64,000 nucleotides of DNA. It comes from Moniliella sp. 'wahieum'. Its lineage: Eukaryota. The translations under genes were made by a program, and so were the position numbers. The stretch is from positions 124,001-188,000 of the forward strand of contig RSEE01000008.1 of NCBI GenBank assembly GCA_003971905.1. The letters run 5' to 3'. The notes under the pieces are model-generated. The model made no database searches and was not told the DNA's origin. It saw only the letters and a list, made by a program, of their open reading frames with translations. Below, one piece after another: positions 13,586 to 30,456 of this stretch. Every line of letters starts with the position of its first letter. Positions within the stretch are counted from its first letter, which is position 1.

Positions 13586-14790
13586 TCACGAGAAGCCTAC
13601 CCTCTTGGCACCCATGTCAAACGACACGGTAACCCGAGTGAGCAAGGGACAGCCTAAGATCCAGCCTGTGGTGCCCGTGCTGGGCGAACCAACGACCGAG
13701 AGAATGCACTCGCCCTTGTCCGTCTTGCCGTACCCGACCGTATCCGAATCCAAATCAACACTAAACTTGCCCACTTCAAACGTGACGTGCGGCGGGGCCT
13801 TGCAATCGTACAGGCTTGCACACTGCCATCGGGGTTGGTCTGCGTGCGCAGACCGAGACTGGAAAATAAGTTTTGGGCCTGCTTGACCGGCGCAAGGATA
13901 AGCGTTGTGCCACTGTCCAACAAACCATACGTCGCTTGCCCATTCACCACGAACCGGACGGACCAGTAGGCGGGCTTGGTTACCGGCACCCAAACCGCGT
14001 TCGTCGCTGCCGCACCCAACGTTAAGCTCGATCCTGCCTTGCGCAACTGCATTTGAAACACTGGGTTCGATAGCATGTGCTCGTTCATCAGCGTGTTGAA
14101 AAAGGGTGTGCCAGTCTTGATGTTGGCTACTTTGGGAAACGCAAGCCCGGCCAAGCCCTGCCGGTGAGTCGCATCAATCAAAAAGTTGGTCTGGCTGTGC
14201 CCGAAAAAGGCCTTGTCCGCCCGCAACGGGCCGAGGTGGATGTGGTCGGTATACACGGGACCAGCAGCGGTGGTGCCATCGCCATAGGAGATGGAAAAGT
14301 TAGACTGGGCAGGGGCAGAGGTAGTTGACTTGGCTGGATCGTACGCGGCCGCATTGATAATCAAGTCGGAGCTGCCTGTATCAAAGTCCACCTCGATCAG
14401 CGTCGGAGGCGTACCCAGCCCAATCTGGCCCGTCCACAGTTCTTGGTTCTGCTCGTCGTTCAGGGCAAGGGTACCGTTGCCAGGCGCTTGCACGGGCACA
14501 GAGGGTTTCTTGTGCGACTTGCGCTTGTTGACCGCAGGCCGCGCATCGAGATGATGCTTCTCCCCCGTGTTGGCCTCGTACGAGGCAAACCCAGCTTGGT
14601 ACTTGTTGCTCAGCCTCGTAACCTCCCGTGCCAACTTGTCCGAGTCTACCACGCCGCGTCGGTCGAGCAGCGCACGACGGTCGTGCCGCGTCAGGGGGAT
14701 GGTGTGCGCGGCAGAGGCGAGGGGAGGAGCGGCGTGCGCACCGCACGCAGCAAACGCACCGGCGGTGAGGACGAGGAGAGCGAGCTTCAT
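13586..14790 (-). CDS. Secreted pepsin-like (A1) aspartic protease
   Basis: Signal peptide MKLALLVLTAGAFAACGAHA, propeptide, catalytic DFDTGSSDL and LLDSGTTLI, flap SISYGDG, C-terminal WILG...VSFDMGAKRVGFS. One frameshift near 13810. Confidence 0.92.
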
Positions 14791-15898
14791 CAGACGCAAG
14801 ACGAGGCGCAGACACCGACGAAGGCAGGAGGACAGCACAGCAAGGCGCGCACCTGTCTGTCTGTCTGTCTGTCTGTCTGTCGAGGCGAGCGGGCAGGGGG
14901 GGTGGCGCCTGCGGAACCAGACACGACGGACACCGGCAGATCCCACCCTGTGCGAAATGCTAAATGCTAAATGCTAACGAGCGCGGGCAGCTTCGCTGCG
15001 CCCCCTCGCCCCCCCGCGCGGCACGGGGCAGCAGCCACCGAGCGGGCCGCCGGGCTGGTGCGTGAGGCATGGGTGATGCCGTGCTCCCATGCGGCGTGCG
15101 CGGTGGCTCCGACGGGTGATGCATGCGTGACACCCACGAGCGCCTCGGCACCGCACCGCTCGGCACTGCTCGGCAGCAATGCACCGGTCCAGTACCCGTC
15201 GCCTCCGCGGCTCTGCGCGGCAAGGGGGGGGAGGGAGTGCGGCGCACTGCGGTGGTGGCGGGTCTCATCGATCATCGAGCATCGAGCGCCGGGCATTGAT
15301 CATCCCATTTGCAATTTGCAGGCTGCCCTGTCTGCCTCCTGGTTCCCTTTGCGACGCCCCGCGCACACCATATCAGCCCTTACTTTCCTGACCCCCCCTG
15401 GGGGCAGTCTGGTGCAACCCAGCTGGGTCGGTACGTAACGATTGCGTGGTGAAAAGGTATCACGACAGATTGTGGTGTCACAATCGCACAGCTCCACGAG
15501 CTCTGTTATTCTCAGTTCGATTCTGGGCGCAGTCACTTTTTTGCCGTGGTGTTCCTTTCGTTGCGTTTCGTTTCGTTTCGTTTCGCTTCCTTCCGTCTCC
15601 TGCTCAGCATGGGGTTTTTTTTGCACTCTCCACTCTGGCATGTTGGTTAAACCGGGTTGACTGTCTCCAGCTACAGCTTCAGCTACCTACCCTCCCAGCT
15701 CTTCTCTCCACCTCCATCCTGGCTCTCGCATCGCATCACTCCATTGGACAGGAATCAAGTAGTGAAGCAAGAACAGTTGGTAGCGTAAAGTGCAAGAGGG
15801 GGGGGGGGGGGGCTCGTCAAGTACGGGGCACGACTAGATGGGAGAGGGAGGGGGGGGGTGCCGCCAAGCAGCTAGGTTTTCATGCCACGTAGCGTTCA

Positions 15899-17746
15899 TT
15901 ACGCCTGCGGCTGCGACTGCGACTGCGAGGCCGGGTCAGCGGCTGCGTCGGTCTCCGGGGCCGGTTGGGTCGGCTTGGCAAACAGACCGCCAGTGATGGT
16001 AGCCAGAGCGTTGGACTTGAACTCTTCAATCTGCTTGTCCTGTTCTTCCTTGGCCTGTTGCCGGATCTTTTCACCGTTTTCGCGCCAGAACTTCTCATCG
16101 GCCTCGTAGGCGGCCTGGTAGCGTTCCCGCTCGGTATCGTACCATGTCTTGAACGCCCCATCGTCCTTCTGCGTCGACATGGTCAAAAAGGCAAAGGGAG
16201 AATGTTTCTTCTTCTCCTTCTTGTCCTGCCACGCTTGGAACGCCGCTGCACGCATCTCGTCGTCCGTGCCAAGTGCTCGGTGGGAATGTGCGTGCCTTCG
16301 TACGCTTTGATCGTCTTGCGCACATCGGGGATATTGTAGATGCCCACAGCCTCGAGGAAAGGTAGGTAGCCAATCAGTTCCCGGTCGCCCCGTTCCCCAT
16401 TCCACTTCTTGACCAAAATCGCATTCTCTTTCGCTTCGGAAATCGGCTCGGTCTCCGTGTCGAGGAAGATGACCTTGGCAGGATCGCGGTTCAGCGCTTC
16501 AAGGTCCTTGATCAGCCGCCCATCGTCCAGCGTACGACACGATTCCTTAAACAGCATGTAGGTCAAGAAGCGCCGGTCCGGATCGAGCTTCTCAATAATC
16601 GGCGCAACAGTAAAGAAGGGCTGGGTGGTGTAGAGCACAATCTCGTAAAATTGACTCAGGTACCCAAGGAAGTAATCCAACCCGGGCCGCTTGGCCGTGC
16701 GCCACCCGTGCTCCCTTGTCCACCAGCTCGAGGTGAGCAAACCATCCAGGTCCACCACAAGTGTGTACGGACGCCCGTACGGGAACGGAAGTGGATCCGG
16801 CAACAGTTTCTCCCACATCGGAGCTTGCACATCTTTTTTCATCGTTGTCAGGCGCGTGTAGATCCGGCCGTACCACGTCTCGTTCTGCCACGCGGCAAAT
16901 TCAAATCACTCGATAAGAACCCGTTGCTTCCCCCTCGTCATACGGCGCTGACAACACATACGCCCCATACCCAACCCCCAACGCCGTCGCAATAGCCATC
17001 AACTGCATCCGCGCCGTCCTACTCCTCTCGGCCTTCGTAGGCGCATCCCCCTTGCGCCGCGCACTCGTCCGTCCACCCCCTTGCTCCTCTGGAATGGACT
17101 CGATCAGCGCAGTCGACGTGTCCAGGTCAAACAGTCCTTTCGACCCGGACGGCACGTCCTCTGCCGTGGCCTTGGCTTTGGCCTGGGCCTCCTCGGCAGG
17201 CGGGGCCTCTTGGCCCGCGGACTCCGCCTTGGCTCCCGCAGCTTCGCCAGTCGACGGCGAGTCGGTGGCCGGACTGGGACTGGGACTGGGCTGGCTGGCA
17301 GACGCAGCGTCGGGCGTAGACGTAGACGGGGACGTGGGTGGGGCCGCAGCCGTCGCAGCGGCCGCAGCAGCCGCAGTGGGCGTCTCCGGTGTAGACTTAG
17401 ACGTAGACGTAGAGGTGGATGCGGCAGGTTTCGGGGCAGACTTAGCTTTCGCAGCGCTGGGCTTGGCGGCGGAGGTGGATGGGCCCTTGGCCGAGGTCTT
17501 GGCCGAAGTCTTGGCTGCGGTCTTAGCTGCAGTGTTGGTGGCGGTGTTGGTAGCAGTCTTGGGCTTGGGCTTGGGCTTGGAAGCGGACGCGGGAGATGCC
17601 TTGGCCGGGGCGAGGAGGGAGGTGTGGAGGGCGCGGGTGGCGAGGGGCGTGCGGCGGGCAAAGGTGAGGGCGAGGGGGGCGGGGGCAGCGGCGCGGACAA
17701 AGGCGCTGCGGGACAGGCTGGCCGCGCGGATGGCAAGGGGCATCAT
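15899..17746 (-). CDS. TIM50: Mitochondrial inner-membrane translocase subunit TIM50
   Basis: Arg/Ala-rich presequence, TM segment ([17 protein letters not shown]), NIF/FCP1-like domain LLPDPLP...[12 protein letters not shown]...[27 protein letters not shown]...IKDL..LNRD. Frameshifts near 16900 and 16260. Confidence 0.92.
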
Positions 17747-17939
17747 CCTGGCTGGGAGCAGCGCACAGAGTGCAGACGACAGGATGTGGACCGAGGGGTG
17801 GGTGGTGGGTGCTGTGTGCTGGCATAGGCGCAGCCACCCAACCCAACGCCCGTTGCCTGCACCGGTGTTCTGGCGGAATCTTCTCGTCGCCCGCGCTCGG
17901 AAAAATCCACCCAGTTCCGCCCAGGCAGGCGTATTCGGT

Positions 17940-18224
<285 letters not shown>

Positions 18225-20239
18225 CCTTTTCATTTCATTCCCTCTCCCTTTTGCTTTTGCTTTCGCTTTTCTCTGGCAGCCAGCTAATCGCTCGGCCGAA
18301 CGGGGTGGCACGCAACTGGCATGATGCATGATGCATGACTGACTGACTAGGACTAGGGACTAGCCAAGCTGGTCCTAGTCACTATGGGCATCACTCTCTT
18401 GGCTGTAAGATTGGGGGCTAGGGCGAAGCACTAGACTAGGCGATCAATGGGTGAGCGCGATGGATCGATCACACCAATGAGAGCCCAGAACCGCGGTTGT
18501 CCGTTAACTGAGAAGTAGCTACGCTACCAAGCTAAGGACGATTGCACTGTGCAGGGTGGGAACAGTCAGAGATAGCTTCTTGTAAGCTCCTGACGCTAGT
18601 CCAACCTTCAATGCAACAGGGAGAAGAGGAAGGAGGGGAACGAGGGCGCGACGGTAACCAATCCGGAGCGCGCGAGTTGCGGAGCTCTATAGCCAGTTCC
18701 GCTTGCCAGCGACATGGCCGATCCAGCCATCACACCAAGTGGTGCCACATGCCATCACACTCCAACATTGGCACCCCAACCGGCCCACCGTTGGCCGTCC
18801 CTTCCGCCTCGAGAAGGGACAAACGCCAACTGCTCAACTCTGTTAATCACCCAATTCACATCAAAATTTGGCTTGGCCAATCATGCAATCATTAATCACA
18901 TCACATCACATCCATCATGCATCATGCATCGATGAATGGCTAGGTAATCGGCAACCTGTAGCTAGGTATCGATATCGATAATCGCCACTGGTACTGGACT
19001 AGTCAAATTCAGAGTTGCTGGTTGCTAGTTGCTAGTTGCCAGTTGCCAGGGCTACGAGAGGTGCTATATGCTACTTGCTAGGTGCTAGGTGCTGTTGCTA
19101 GTTTCTTCGACACTGATTCATTTTTGGGGGGTTGCAACAGCGCAATTGCCGAGGGCCGCCCGTAGCTCGTACACCCCCCGTGCGGGCCGCATGGGGCGAC
19201 CGGCCACTAAGCCGAGCCTCTGACCATGTGCATCACCGTATCAACCATCCTGCCTCCTGCCTCCTCCTGCCTCCCCCTGCATCCCATCCAGCATCGGCCT
19301 CGGCCTCAGCGGCCTCAGCGCCTCAGCCTCCCCCCAGCCTGCCTGCTCGGCTTGCGGCGTTCAAAGTTTGGCGTCTGCCGCTGTCGGCGACGGCAGGGGG
19401 GTGGAACAGAGGGTGGAAGACTGCATGGTTGTACAGCCGGCGAGTCACGATGACTTGCAAGTTGCCGCTGTGACTCATGCGAGTGCATACTGCCCAAGTG
19501 ACTGCGTGTAGCGTGCAACTACCCGCTACCATTGAGTAACTAGTAAGCTAGCAAAGAAAGCTAGTTGCTAGTTCTAGTTTCGGAGTTAAGCTAGTTACCA
19601 CGTTGCCGGTTACCAGGTTACTAGCTCCTCGTTACTAGCTACTGCTGTGCGCGGCTGTGCGTTGATTGGAAAACGACGCAAGAGGAAAGTGCAATCGGTA
19701 GGTGAGGGTGAGCCAGATGGTTGATGATCTGATCAATGATACTCGATACACATGCTTGTAGCTTGGCGCCTGATGCGATGCGTTACTCCGGTTACTCACC
19801 GGCAGACGCCAACGTCGCCAACCCAACGTCGCCGGCCGGCAACTCGGAGATATGAGGCATCTGGGCCAGTACCAGCTGGCTTCGACTGGCTTTGAGCACG
19901 AGTACTGAATACGTGAAGCTTGAGACTCAGTCTCTGTTCCCACTCGATGAGATCGATGCGAAGAGAGGTGTGGGATGGGCACTTGCACACATACCTGGGC
20001 CCCCCGTCACGCGGGTCACGCGCTCACCGCTCACCGGTCACACCTTCGCTTGCCGCTGCGACTGCGACTGGCCGTCTGCTGGGGGGCAAGTGCACTTTAC
20101 CCGTCCTTCTGGGTTTCCAGCCCGCCTGTCACCAATCCCCTCCTTCTCCTTCGCTTCGTTCTCCACCATCACCACCTCCTCCGCTTCTTCTCCTTCTCCC
20201 GCGCTTCGTGCGCTTGCTCTCGCCCGCCCCCACCCGGCC

Positions 20240-23200
20240 ATGGCCGCCGCCCCCATCGCCAGCCCAGACGCCCAGGCCGCTGCCTCGCCCTCTGCCCTTG
20301 CTCTGGACGAAGCACGCGCTGAGGGTGCGGCCGAGCTGCAGGTGCATCGCAGCAACCTGCCCACCTTTCTCTATCTCCTCTCCTTCAGCGCGTGCCCCTG
20401 GAAGTCCCCTCGACCGCCGCACCTTGCGTGACTATCTGCCTTATCTGCTCTATGCTACCGGCTTTGTCGCCGCCTTCATTTCGGGCGGCGGCCAGATCTC
20501 CATCGATCTCCTCTACGGTCTCAAGTGGACCAATGGTCTCACCGCCGTCGGCGCCACGCCACATTCTATGATGTCCTCTTCCCGTCTTGCCGCTGGCCTC
20601 GTTAGCATTGTCGGTCTCGTCCAGGCCGTGCTCACATGGACGTTTCTCACTTGCTTCAGCGCCGCCAGTCACCTGATGAGCATGCGCCTCCAACATGCGT
20701 ACGTGGCCAGCATGCTCAGCCAGGACGCCACCTACTTTGACATTCATGGTCCGGGTGAAATTGCCACCCGGGCCGGCAAAGACATCAACCTCATCCGTGT
20801 TGGATGGGGCGAGAAGGTGGCGTACTTGATCTGGGCTTGCGCCACCCTGATTGCTGCCCTGATCTCTTCCTTTTGCAATGCCGATCGCATGGCCGGCGTC
20901 TTGTTTAGTCTGATCCCCTTTCTGATCATCGCATTTGGTGTACTTGGGTACTTTTCCGAAAAGATGTCGGCACCCGCGCTGCGCCTCGAAGGTCTGACAG
21001 GCAACTTGGTCGAACAAGCAATCTCTTCCGTCCGCATCATCCAGTCGTTTGGCATGAACGGCCCCCTGCTTAAAAAGCTCAACGATGACCTGCTTCGTCG
21101 CCTTGCCCGACTTGGAATTGGGCGTGCGTTCATCAAGAGCTGCGAGGTTTCGATCGTCTATTTCGTCATCTTTATCGTCTACTCGTTGGGCCTGTACTAT
21201 GCCGGGGTCACCGTCCAGGACGGCAAGAGTGTCGGTTCGGCCTTGACCACTTTTTGGAACTCGTTCAACTCGCTTTTTGCCCTGGCCAACGTGGCACCCC
21301 ACATTCCTACCCTGCTGGATGCCCATGCTTCGCTCCAAGTCTTGCGCAACTCGATCGAACGCGTACCGTACATTGATGTGCGCGACCCTTCGGGTCTGCA
21401 GCCGTCGAAAGCCGAGCTTTTCGGTTCCGAAGCTGTCTCTGAAGCCCAAAGCTCGTCGACCGCTGGCGTTCGTTCCGGCCCCCCGTGGACTTGAGACAGG
21501 TAACGTTTGCTTACCCCCCCGACCGAACGTGGCGTCGCTCAAGGATGTGACGCTGCACGTGCCCGGTGGCCGGGTTACTGCGCTGGTCGGGCCGTCGGGG
21601 TCAGGTAAGAGCACGATCGCCAGTCTCTTGTTGCGTGAATACGACCCTTATGTTCCTCCCAACCCGTCGGACTTGGCGTACGAGGTGATGCGCGCGAAAG
21701 AGGAGAAGAAACAGCACGCCCTCGACGGTGAGACAGAGGACACACCTCCTTTTTGGCGAAAGTGGCGTTCCCCACCGAGCAGACGGATGCAGAAAAGAAA
21801 GGCGACGATGGCATGGACTCTCGATCTGTCTCGAGCCAGTCGCAAGAAGCAGCAAAGGTACAAGGGAGTGGTCAGGTCCTGTTTGGCGGACACGATGTCC
21901 GCCAACTCAACCTCCGTTGGCTCCGATCCCAAGTCGCTGTCGTCCAGCAAAACCCTTCGATCTTCACCGCCTCGGTATTTGAGAATGTAGCCGCTGGGCT
22001 GACGGGGACAGAGTGGGAATACTTCCCTGACTTGGATGGCGCACCCGATGCCCCCCCTGAACGCGTTGCACGGAAACAAGTCGTTGCTGAAAAAGTCAAG
22101 GAGGCCCTAATCAAAGCGCAGGCTTACGAGTTTGTTCAGAACCTCCCCGAAGGATGGGACACGCAAGTATCCGGAGGCCGCACTGGTGTCCTTTCTGGCG
22201 GTCAGCGGCAACGCATCGCGATTGCCCGTGCGCTCATCAAACAGCCTCTCGTCCTTCTCCTGGACGAGGCAACTTCTGGTACGTACCCCCCTCTTTTTTA
22301 CCAGGAGACGCGGTGCGGTGTCTAACCCCTTCCTATAGCTCTGGACAGTGCAACCGAAGAAAAAATTAAGCTCATGTTGGAACAGGAACAGGCGGAGCGC
22401 GGCATGACCTGCATTATCATTGCGCATCGCTTGTCGACCGTCAAGAATGCCGACAAGATCGTGGTCATCACCAACGGGTCCAAGGTGGATGAGGGCACCC
22501 ACGACGAATTGATGCAGCCAGGGCGGGAAAACCAGGTGTACCGCAACATGGTTCTCCAACAACGTTCCATCGTGCACAAGGACCCCTCGGGAACACCGTT
22601 GGACGAGACAAAGGACCGAGCGGAGGGCAACGAGTCGGACTGTGCCACCCCGGCTGCCACGGTCGTGCTGAGCGATGTTACCACTCTTCCGGCCGAGCCG
22701 GTACGCGCGTCCTCCTCTCTACCACCAAGCACATTGTGCCTGACCCCCTACCAACAAGCACGACTTTGCTGTCCAGATCGGACGCAATACCGCCACCACC
22801 CACCCACCTACTTTTGCCCCCCTTCTCGACCCGGCTCCAGCTCCCGAATCGTCCGAGCAGGCGGACCCTGCCCAGTTGCCGCACGTCGGCGTCTGGCCCG
22901 CGTTCCGCACTTTGATCTACTACATCTCCCTTCACCCGTGGCAGTTCCTGATTGGCTTTGTGGCGAGTTTGGGCGTGGGAGCATCGTTGCCGGTGAGTGG
23001 GTGGATGGTGGGCAAGGCGGTCGGGTTCCTCAGTATCCACGATAACAATCATCTCATGCGGCACGAGACGGAACGGTGGGCACTGTGGTTCTTTGTGTTG
23101 GCCATTGTGATTCTGTTTGTTGCCCTTCTAGCCTCGTTCTTTTTGGAAAACGTGTCGGAAAGTATGAGCCGCGTGATTCGCGCCGATGCACTGGCCAAGT

Positions 23201-24654
23201 TGTTGCGGCAAGAAATTGGCTTTTTCGATGCGGAAGGCACTGGCGCCGGCGGACTTACTGCGGCAGTAGCCAACCACCCAACCGCCGTCGCCGCCGCTTC
23301 GGGCGCCGTCTTGTTCCAAGTCCTCAATACCGCTGCCAATGTGCTCGGAAGCGTGATTATGACCTTCATCCTCAGCTGGAAGATGGCCGTGGTGGTCTTA
23401 TCTCCAATTGTTTTGTTGCTCGTATCGGGATGGCTCAATGTGGTGATGCTCCAAGGGTTTGAGACGCGCGCTCAACAACCTCTCGACCGCGCGGCGAGCT
23501 ACATTGCGGAAAACATGGATTCCATCCGGACCGTCGCTGCGCTCGGAAGGGAGGCCGAGACAATGCGTGTGTTTGCAGCCCGAGCCAAGGCGGACAAGAG
23601 TAGGACGATGTACCTGCTTGCCGGCTCGCTTGGGTTTAGTCTCGGAAACTCATTGGTCTACTTTGTCTGTGGCTTGGGATTCTTCTGGGGTGGCCACCTG
23701 CTCGCTTCGGGCCAGCTGAGCCTGTCTAAAATGTACGCTGGGATTGAGGGCGCGTTCATTGGCGCCTTCTCCTCGGAAAGATCTTAACTTATGTCCCGGA
23801 CTATGGGCGGGCATTTGCTTCCCTCCGCACTCTTACCGCCTGGGCCCAACGCACACCGCGCGTCGCTTACCTCCCTCCTCCGACTCCGCTCTCTCCGTCC
23901 GACTTGGCCGCCATGCCCCAGGGTGACATCACCTTTGATCATGTCGAGATGCGGTATCCGATGCGGCCTAAGCACCCGGCTCTCAAGGACCTCTGTCTCA
24001 CCCTCAAGGCCGGTCAGACGACGGCGTTTTGCGGACCCAGCGGGTCGGGTAAGAGTTCCATCTTGGCTCTGCTGCAGCGCTACTACGATCCGAGCAAAGG
24101 AGCCGTACGACTGAACGGGATCGACGCTCGTAGTGTGCCACTGGAACAACTGCGAAGCCGAATGGCCTATGTCAGCCAAGACGCCGTCCTGTTCTCCGGC
24201 TCGATCTTTTGGAACTTGTCCCTCGGCGCTAACCAGCCCGAAGAAGTCACCCAAGAACAGGTCGAAGCGGCTTGTCGCGAAGCTCACATTCTCGACTTTG
24301 TTCGTGGCCTCCCAGACGGGTTCGAGACGGACATTGGGTACAAGGGAGCCCAGTTGTCCGGCGGTCAAAAACAGCGCTTGTGCATCGCCCGTGCGCTCAT
24401 GCGCAATCCTGATATTTTGATCTTGGACGAAGCTACCAGTGCGCTCGATACCGAGTCCGAGGCTTCGGTCCAAGCTGCCCTCGATCGCGCCGCTCGCGGT
24501 CGCACCACTTGCATCATTGCTCATCGCCTCACCACCATCCGACACGCTCATACCATCAACGTCATTGAAGATGGCGTCTGTGTCGAGTCGGGCTCCCAAC
24601 GAACTCTTGGCCCGCCAAGGACGATACTACGACCTGATCCAGGCACAGCTATGA
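20240..24654 (+). CDS. Full-length ABCB (MDR1/P-glycoprotein-like) transporter, TMD-NBD-TMD-NBD
   Basis: NBD1: [38 protein letters not shown]2: [39 protein letters not shown]. Two multi-TM domains with QDATYFD and RQEIGFFD. Intron at about 22279-22338, several frameshifts. Confidence 0.93.
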
Positions 24655-25273
24655 GCCTGTGAACCTGTGAGCCTGTGTGTCTATGAGCCTGTGAGCTCGT
24701 GAGTTACGCGCTGGGAGCTGCGTGCTGCGTGTTGGATTCAGCTTCCATTGCCCGCTTTGCTTGCAGTTGTCTGCTTGGGCGTCGGCTCCCCTATCCCCCC
24801 CTGTCTTATCCGTACGACATGCGATATCTTGCCCGCCAACTTATACAGCGATAAACCAACCCTCTTGCCATGAATCACTACTTCCTGGTCGCTACCTGTA
24901 TGGTCGTGTCACCCTCTCCTTGTGTTGCATGTTAGTTTACTGGGTACCTCTTTTCATTTTCATTGGAATGTGATAGGGGCTAGGATGGGCCCCTACTAGG
25001 AATCCTCCCATCCATGCCTTTTTCGTAGAGGAGAAAGCGCGGTGCCCTCAGAGAGACACAAGGTGGCTTTGAGAATCGTCGCTAGTAGCAAAGTGAGTGG
25101 AATGTGCTGGATGAGGGGCTGAGTCGAAGGTAGGATGTTAAGTGGGTCGCGCTTTGGTCTCTGTCGGCATTGGTCAAGTCAGAGCAAAAAGGCGGCCTTT
25201 CATTACTGGCAAGATAGCAAGCAGATAATAGGCCGGCTCGCGATAAAGCAATGACAACCGCACCCAAAAAGAA

Positions 25274-25360
25274 TGCTTCAAAGGGGAATCGAACCCCTGT
25301 CATATCGACACAACACTGGCGTGATGGCAACGATATAGTATACCACTAACCCATTGAAGC
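25274..25360 (-). tRNA. tRNA-Gly(GCC) with 16-nt intron
   Basis: Reverse complement reads GCTTCAA TG GGTTAGTGGTATACT A TATCG TTGCCA [tcacgccagtgttgtg] T CGATA TGAC AGGGG TTCGATT CCCCT TTGAAGC A. Perfect 7-bp acceptor stem, 5-bp anticodon and T stems, A/B boxes, and a TTTTT Pol III terminator just downstream. Confidence 0.92.
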
Positions 25361-26005
25361 TTGTGGTTGGAGTTGCATTTGTATACTTGCACCATGTGGT
25401 CGGCTCCAGCCTTGGGTCCTACCTCCACCTGGTTGGAACGGAGGGGAGGTAAGCAGAGTGATGGCAGCACACGGTACACTTGTCTCTCAGTAAAACGACA
25501 GACCAGCGAATGTGACGAATGGAGAAGGCGCTGGCAGAGAAGGAGGAGACCCGGGAGAAAGAGGCATCGGCCCACCCTCGTTCTTTCGTCTTGCACCCGC
25601 GCAAAAGTGGGTTGCCGGATGCCGATCGAGGATGCCAAGCTCGGCTTCGATAGTCGGTTGATCCTAACGAATTGTCCACTAGCCTCACATCCAAACACAT
25701 TGAGACGACCCTATTCCGCAGCTGGGCCTACCCTGTGTCGGGCAGCGCCGCCACGCCAGTGGTGATGGGGTTAGGGGAACTCACAACATCATAGCTTAAT
25801 TAGCCCCCTATGTCGTGCTCGTTCTCCAGCTCGGTCAGCGACAATGCGCGGCCCTCTGTCCCTCTGCTATGTCTAGTGTGCTTGCTGCCTCGCTTGCGTC
25901 TGGACCTGTGGGGAGACGGAGATGCAAAGCAGGAAACGATTATTTTCTTCAGTGGGTTTATTATGCGGCCGGACGGGTAATGACTGACCACGGCAGGGGT
26001 GTAGG

Positions 26006-28358
<2,353 letters not shown>

Positions 28359-28460
28359 GTCGGCTCAGCGGGGCGGCGGGGTGTGGTGGGGTGGGGGCGG
28401 AGGCGCTGGGCACCGCCCCGGTTAGGCGGGCGTCCGAGGTGACGGAGGTAATGGCCGGTG

Positions 28461-30456
28461 ATGGCCGCCGTCACCGCCGCAATATTTCACTTGGGCGTGG
28501 AGCATTCGCCCGCACACTGGCGCCGTGCCACGCGGCTGGGCCAGCCCATCGGTGCAGCCCATCGCACCACCACCACCACCCCGTCTTCACCACCACCATC
28601 TCCTGTCCCCCCCACGCACAACGCCTGGAGCGTTCCGCTTTCTGTCGACCCCTCTATTTACGTCCATGTCCACCCGCTGTCCCGCCGCCACTCGCGCTCC
28701 GCGTCGACGCGTGCGTCCGTGCAGGATGTGGCACTGCTCTTCGCCCCGCCTCCGGCCCCCCCTCCGCCCGCCCCCACCAAGCGCGCCAGCCACCACGAGC
28801 GCCACGCCAGTCTATCTGGAGAGCAGGACCTTCTCACTATTCCCGGCAGCTACTCCTCAGCTGACCAGCGCAAATCCTTCCCCGCCTCTCCCGCGGCTCT
28901 GTGGCGAGTGCTTCGGTTTTGTTTGCGGCTTGTGCCCAGCAGCCCTTCCTCGACGCGGTTGCTGCGCATGAGCTGCATCTCGGCGACCGCCAATCTGCCT
29001 TGGACAGTCTCGAGGGACGCTCCCTCTACCGCTCGCTGGACGAGCCTGCCCCGCCCACCCTCCTTCTCCCACCTACCCCAACAGCAGCTGAGTCCTGCCC
29101 CTCACCTCCCATGGGCAAGCCCTTCACACTCTCCTCGAGGAGGAGGAAGAAGAAGAAGAAAAAAGGAGAGGCGGAGAAAGAGGCGCGGAGACAGCCCTGG
29201 CCAGAGCCACTTCCATCCTTGTCTCTCGCCCGCTCCCGCCCCACTCCCCTAAACATACCCCAAGAGCATGCCCATCTGCGAGCTTGTCTCGAGCAAAACG
29301 AGAGGCAGCATACCATCCAAGCCCGTTCCTGGGAACAGGAACGGGAAAATGGCCGCACGCATTCAATCACTCGAGAAGCTGGTGGCGCAGTCCCAGGAAG
29401 ACCAAAAAGCAAGCCAAACTAAAGTCGAGGAGCTGGAGGAGCTCCTGACTCTTACCCAACGCGAGCGCGATACATATCTCGACGATATTGCTGGCTGGAA
29501 GCAGCGCTGCGCCGAGTTGGAGGGTAAGCTTGCTGCCGAGACGGAACGGGCCGATGGCCAAACCCGCCTCCGCGCTGGCCTTGCTGCCAAGGCGCTGAGG
29601 ATGGCTAGCAGCCTCCCAGCCGACAGCGCAGCGCCTGAACTTACCCGGCCGAGTTGGGCCCGGCCTTGGTCTCCCTGCCGCGACGGTGCGAGCGCTCTGC
29701 ACCCATCCCTCAACCTGTTGGCCCTTCGCCCGAGGCCACTGTCCAGCTTCTGGGTGCCATGCGCCATCAAATCATTTCGCTTGCTCGCACCCTCGCCAAG
29801 GAACGGGAGGAGCACGCCCGCTCCCAGCCCCCCATCCTCGGCCCACACGAATGTCCCGAGCCAGCCGCACTACTGACTCCACCGCCTCGACTGCATCTAC
29901 CTCTTGGACTGCTTCGTCGGCTTCGGAACAGGGCCTGCACCTCTCGGTATCTACGGTACCCACCAGCCGGGACGGCAGCACTTCCACCTTCTGCTTTGAG
30001 CCCAAGTCCGATCAGACTATGGTGCCTCCCTCTTCGGGTCGCACAAGCGCTCGTCCCTATCTTGCACCACGAGAGACGGACTTCTGTCCGCATTGGACTT
30101 TTTCTGCCGCTACCCTTCATCCCGTCAAACCGTGCGGCATCTTTCCCCTTCCCGGGAGTGAGGGGGAGGACATTTTCCAACTAGGCCGAGAACTGACACT
30201 GCCACCGCTGTCATGGGAAGCCAAGGACCTGCCACCGCTCGCCCCAGCAGGAGGGTTTGCTGCAACTCACCTCACTAGCCCTCCAGGGTTTGGGCGGCTA
30301 CCTTTTCTCTCCTGCCTCTACTGCCTCCCCCCCACGTCCTCCGCCTCTGGTTCCGGCACGTCTGCGCCCCGCCGCTTGCCCCACACTGACCCTCGCGACC
30401 GCACCGGCGCACGCGCGCCCCTCTCTGCGCCCGAGGGCGGTATGGTCTTTATCTAA
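28461..30456 (+). CDS. Hypothetical Pro/Ser-rich protein with central coiled coil (frameshifted)
   Basis: Chain of overlapping ORFs (28458-29252, 28901-29422, 29268-29876, 29654-30184, 29686-30456) with heptad-like segment IQSLEKLVAQSQEDQKASQTKVEELEELLTLTQRERD...WKQRCAELEGKL. No family recognised. Confidence 0.55.
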
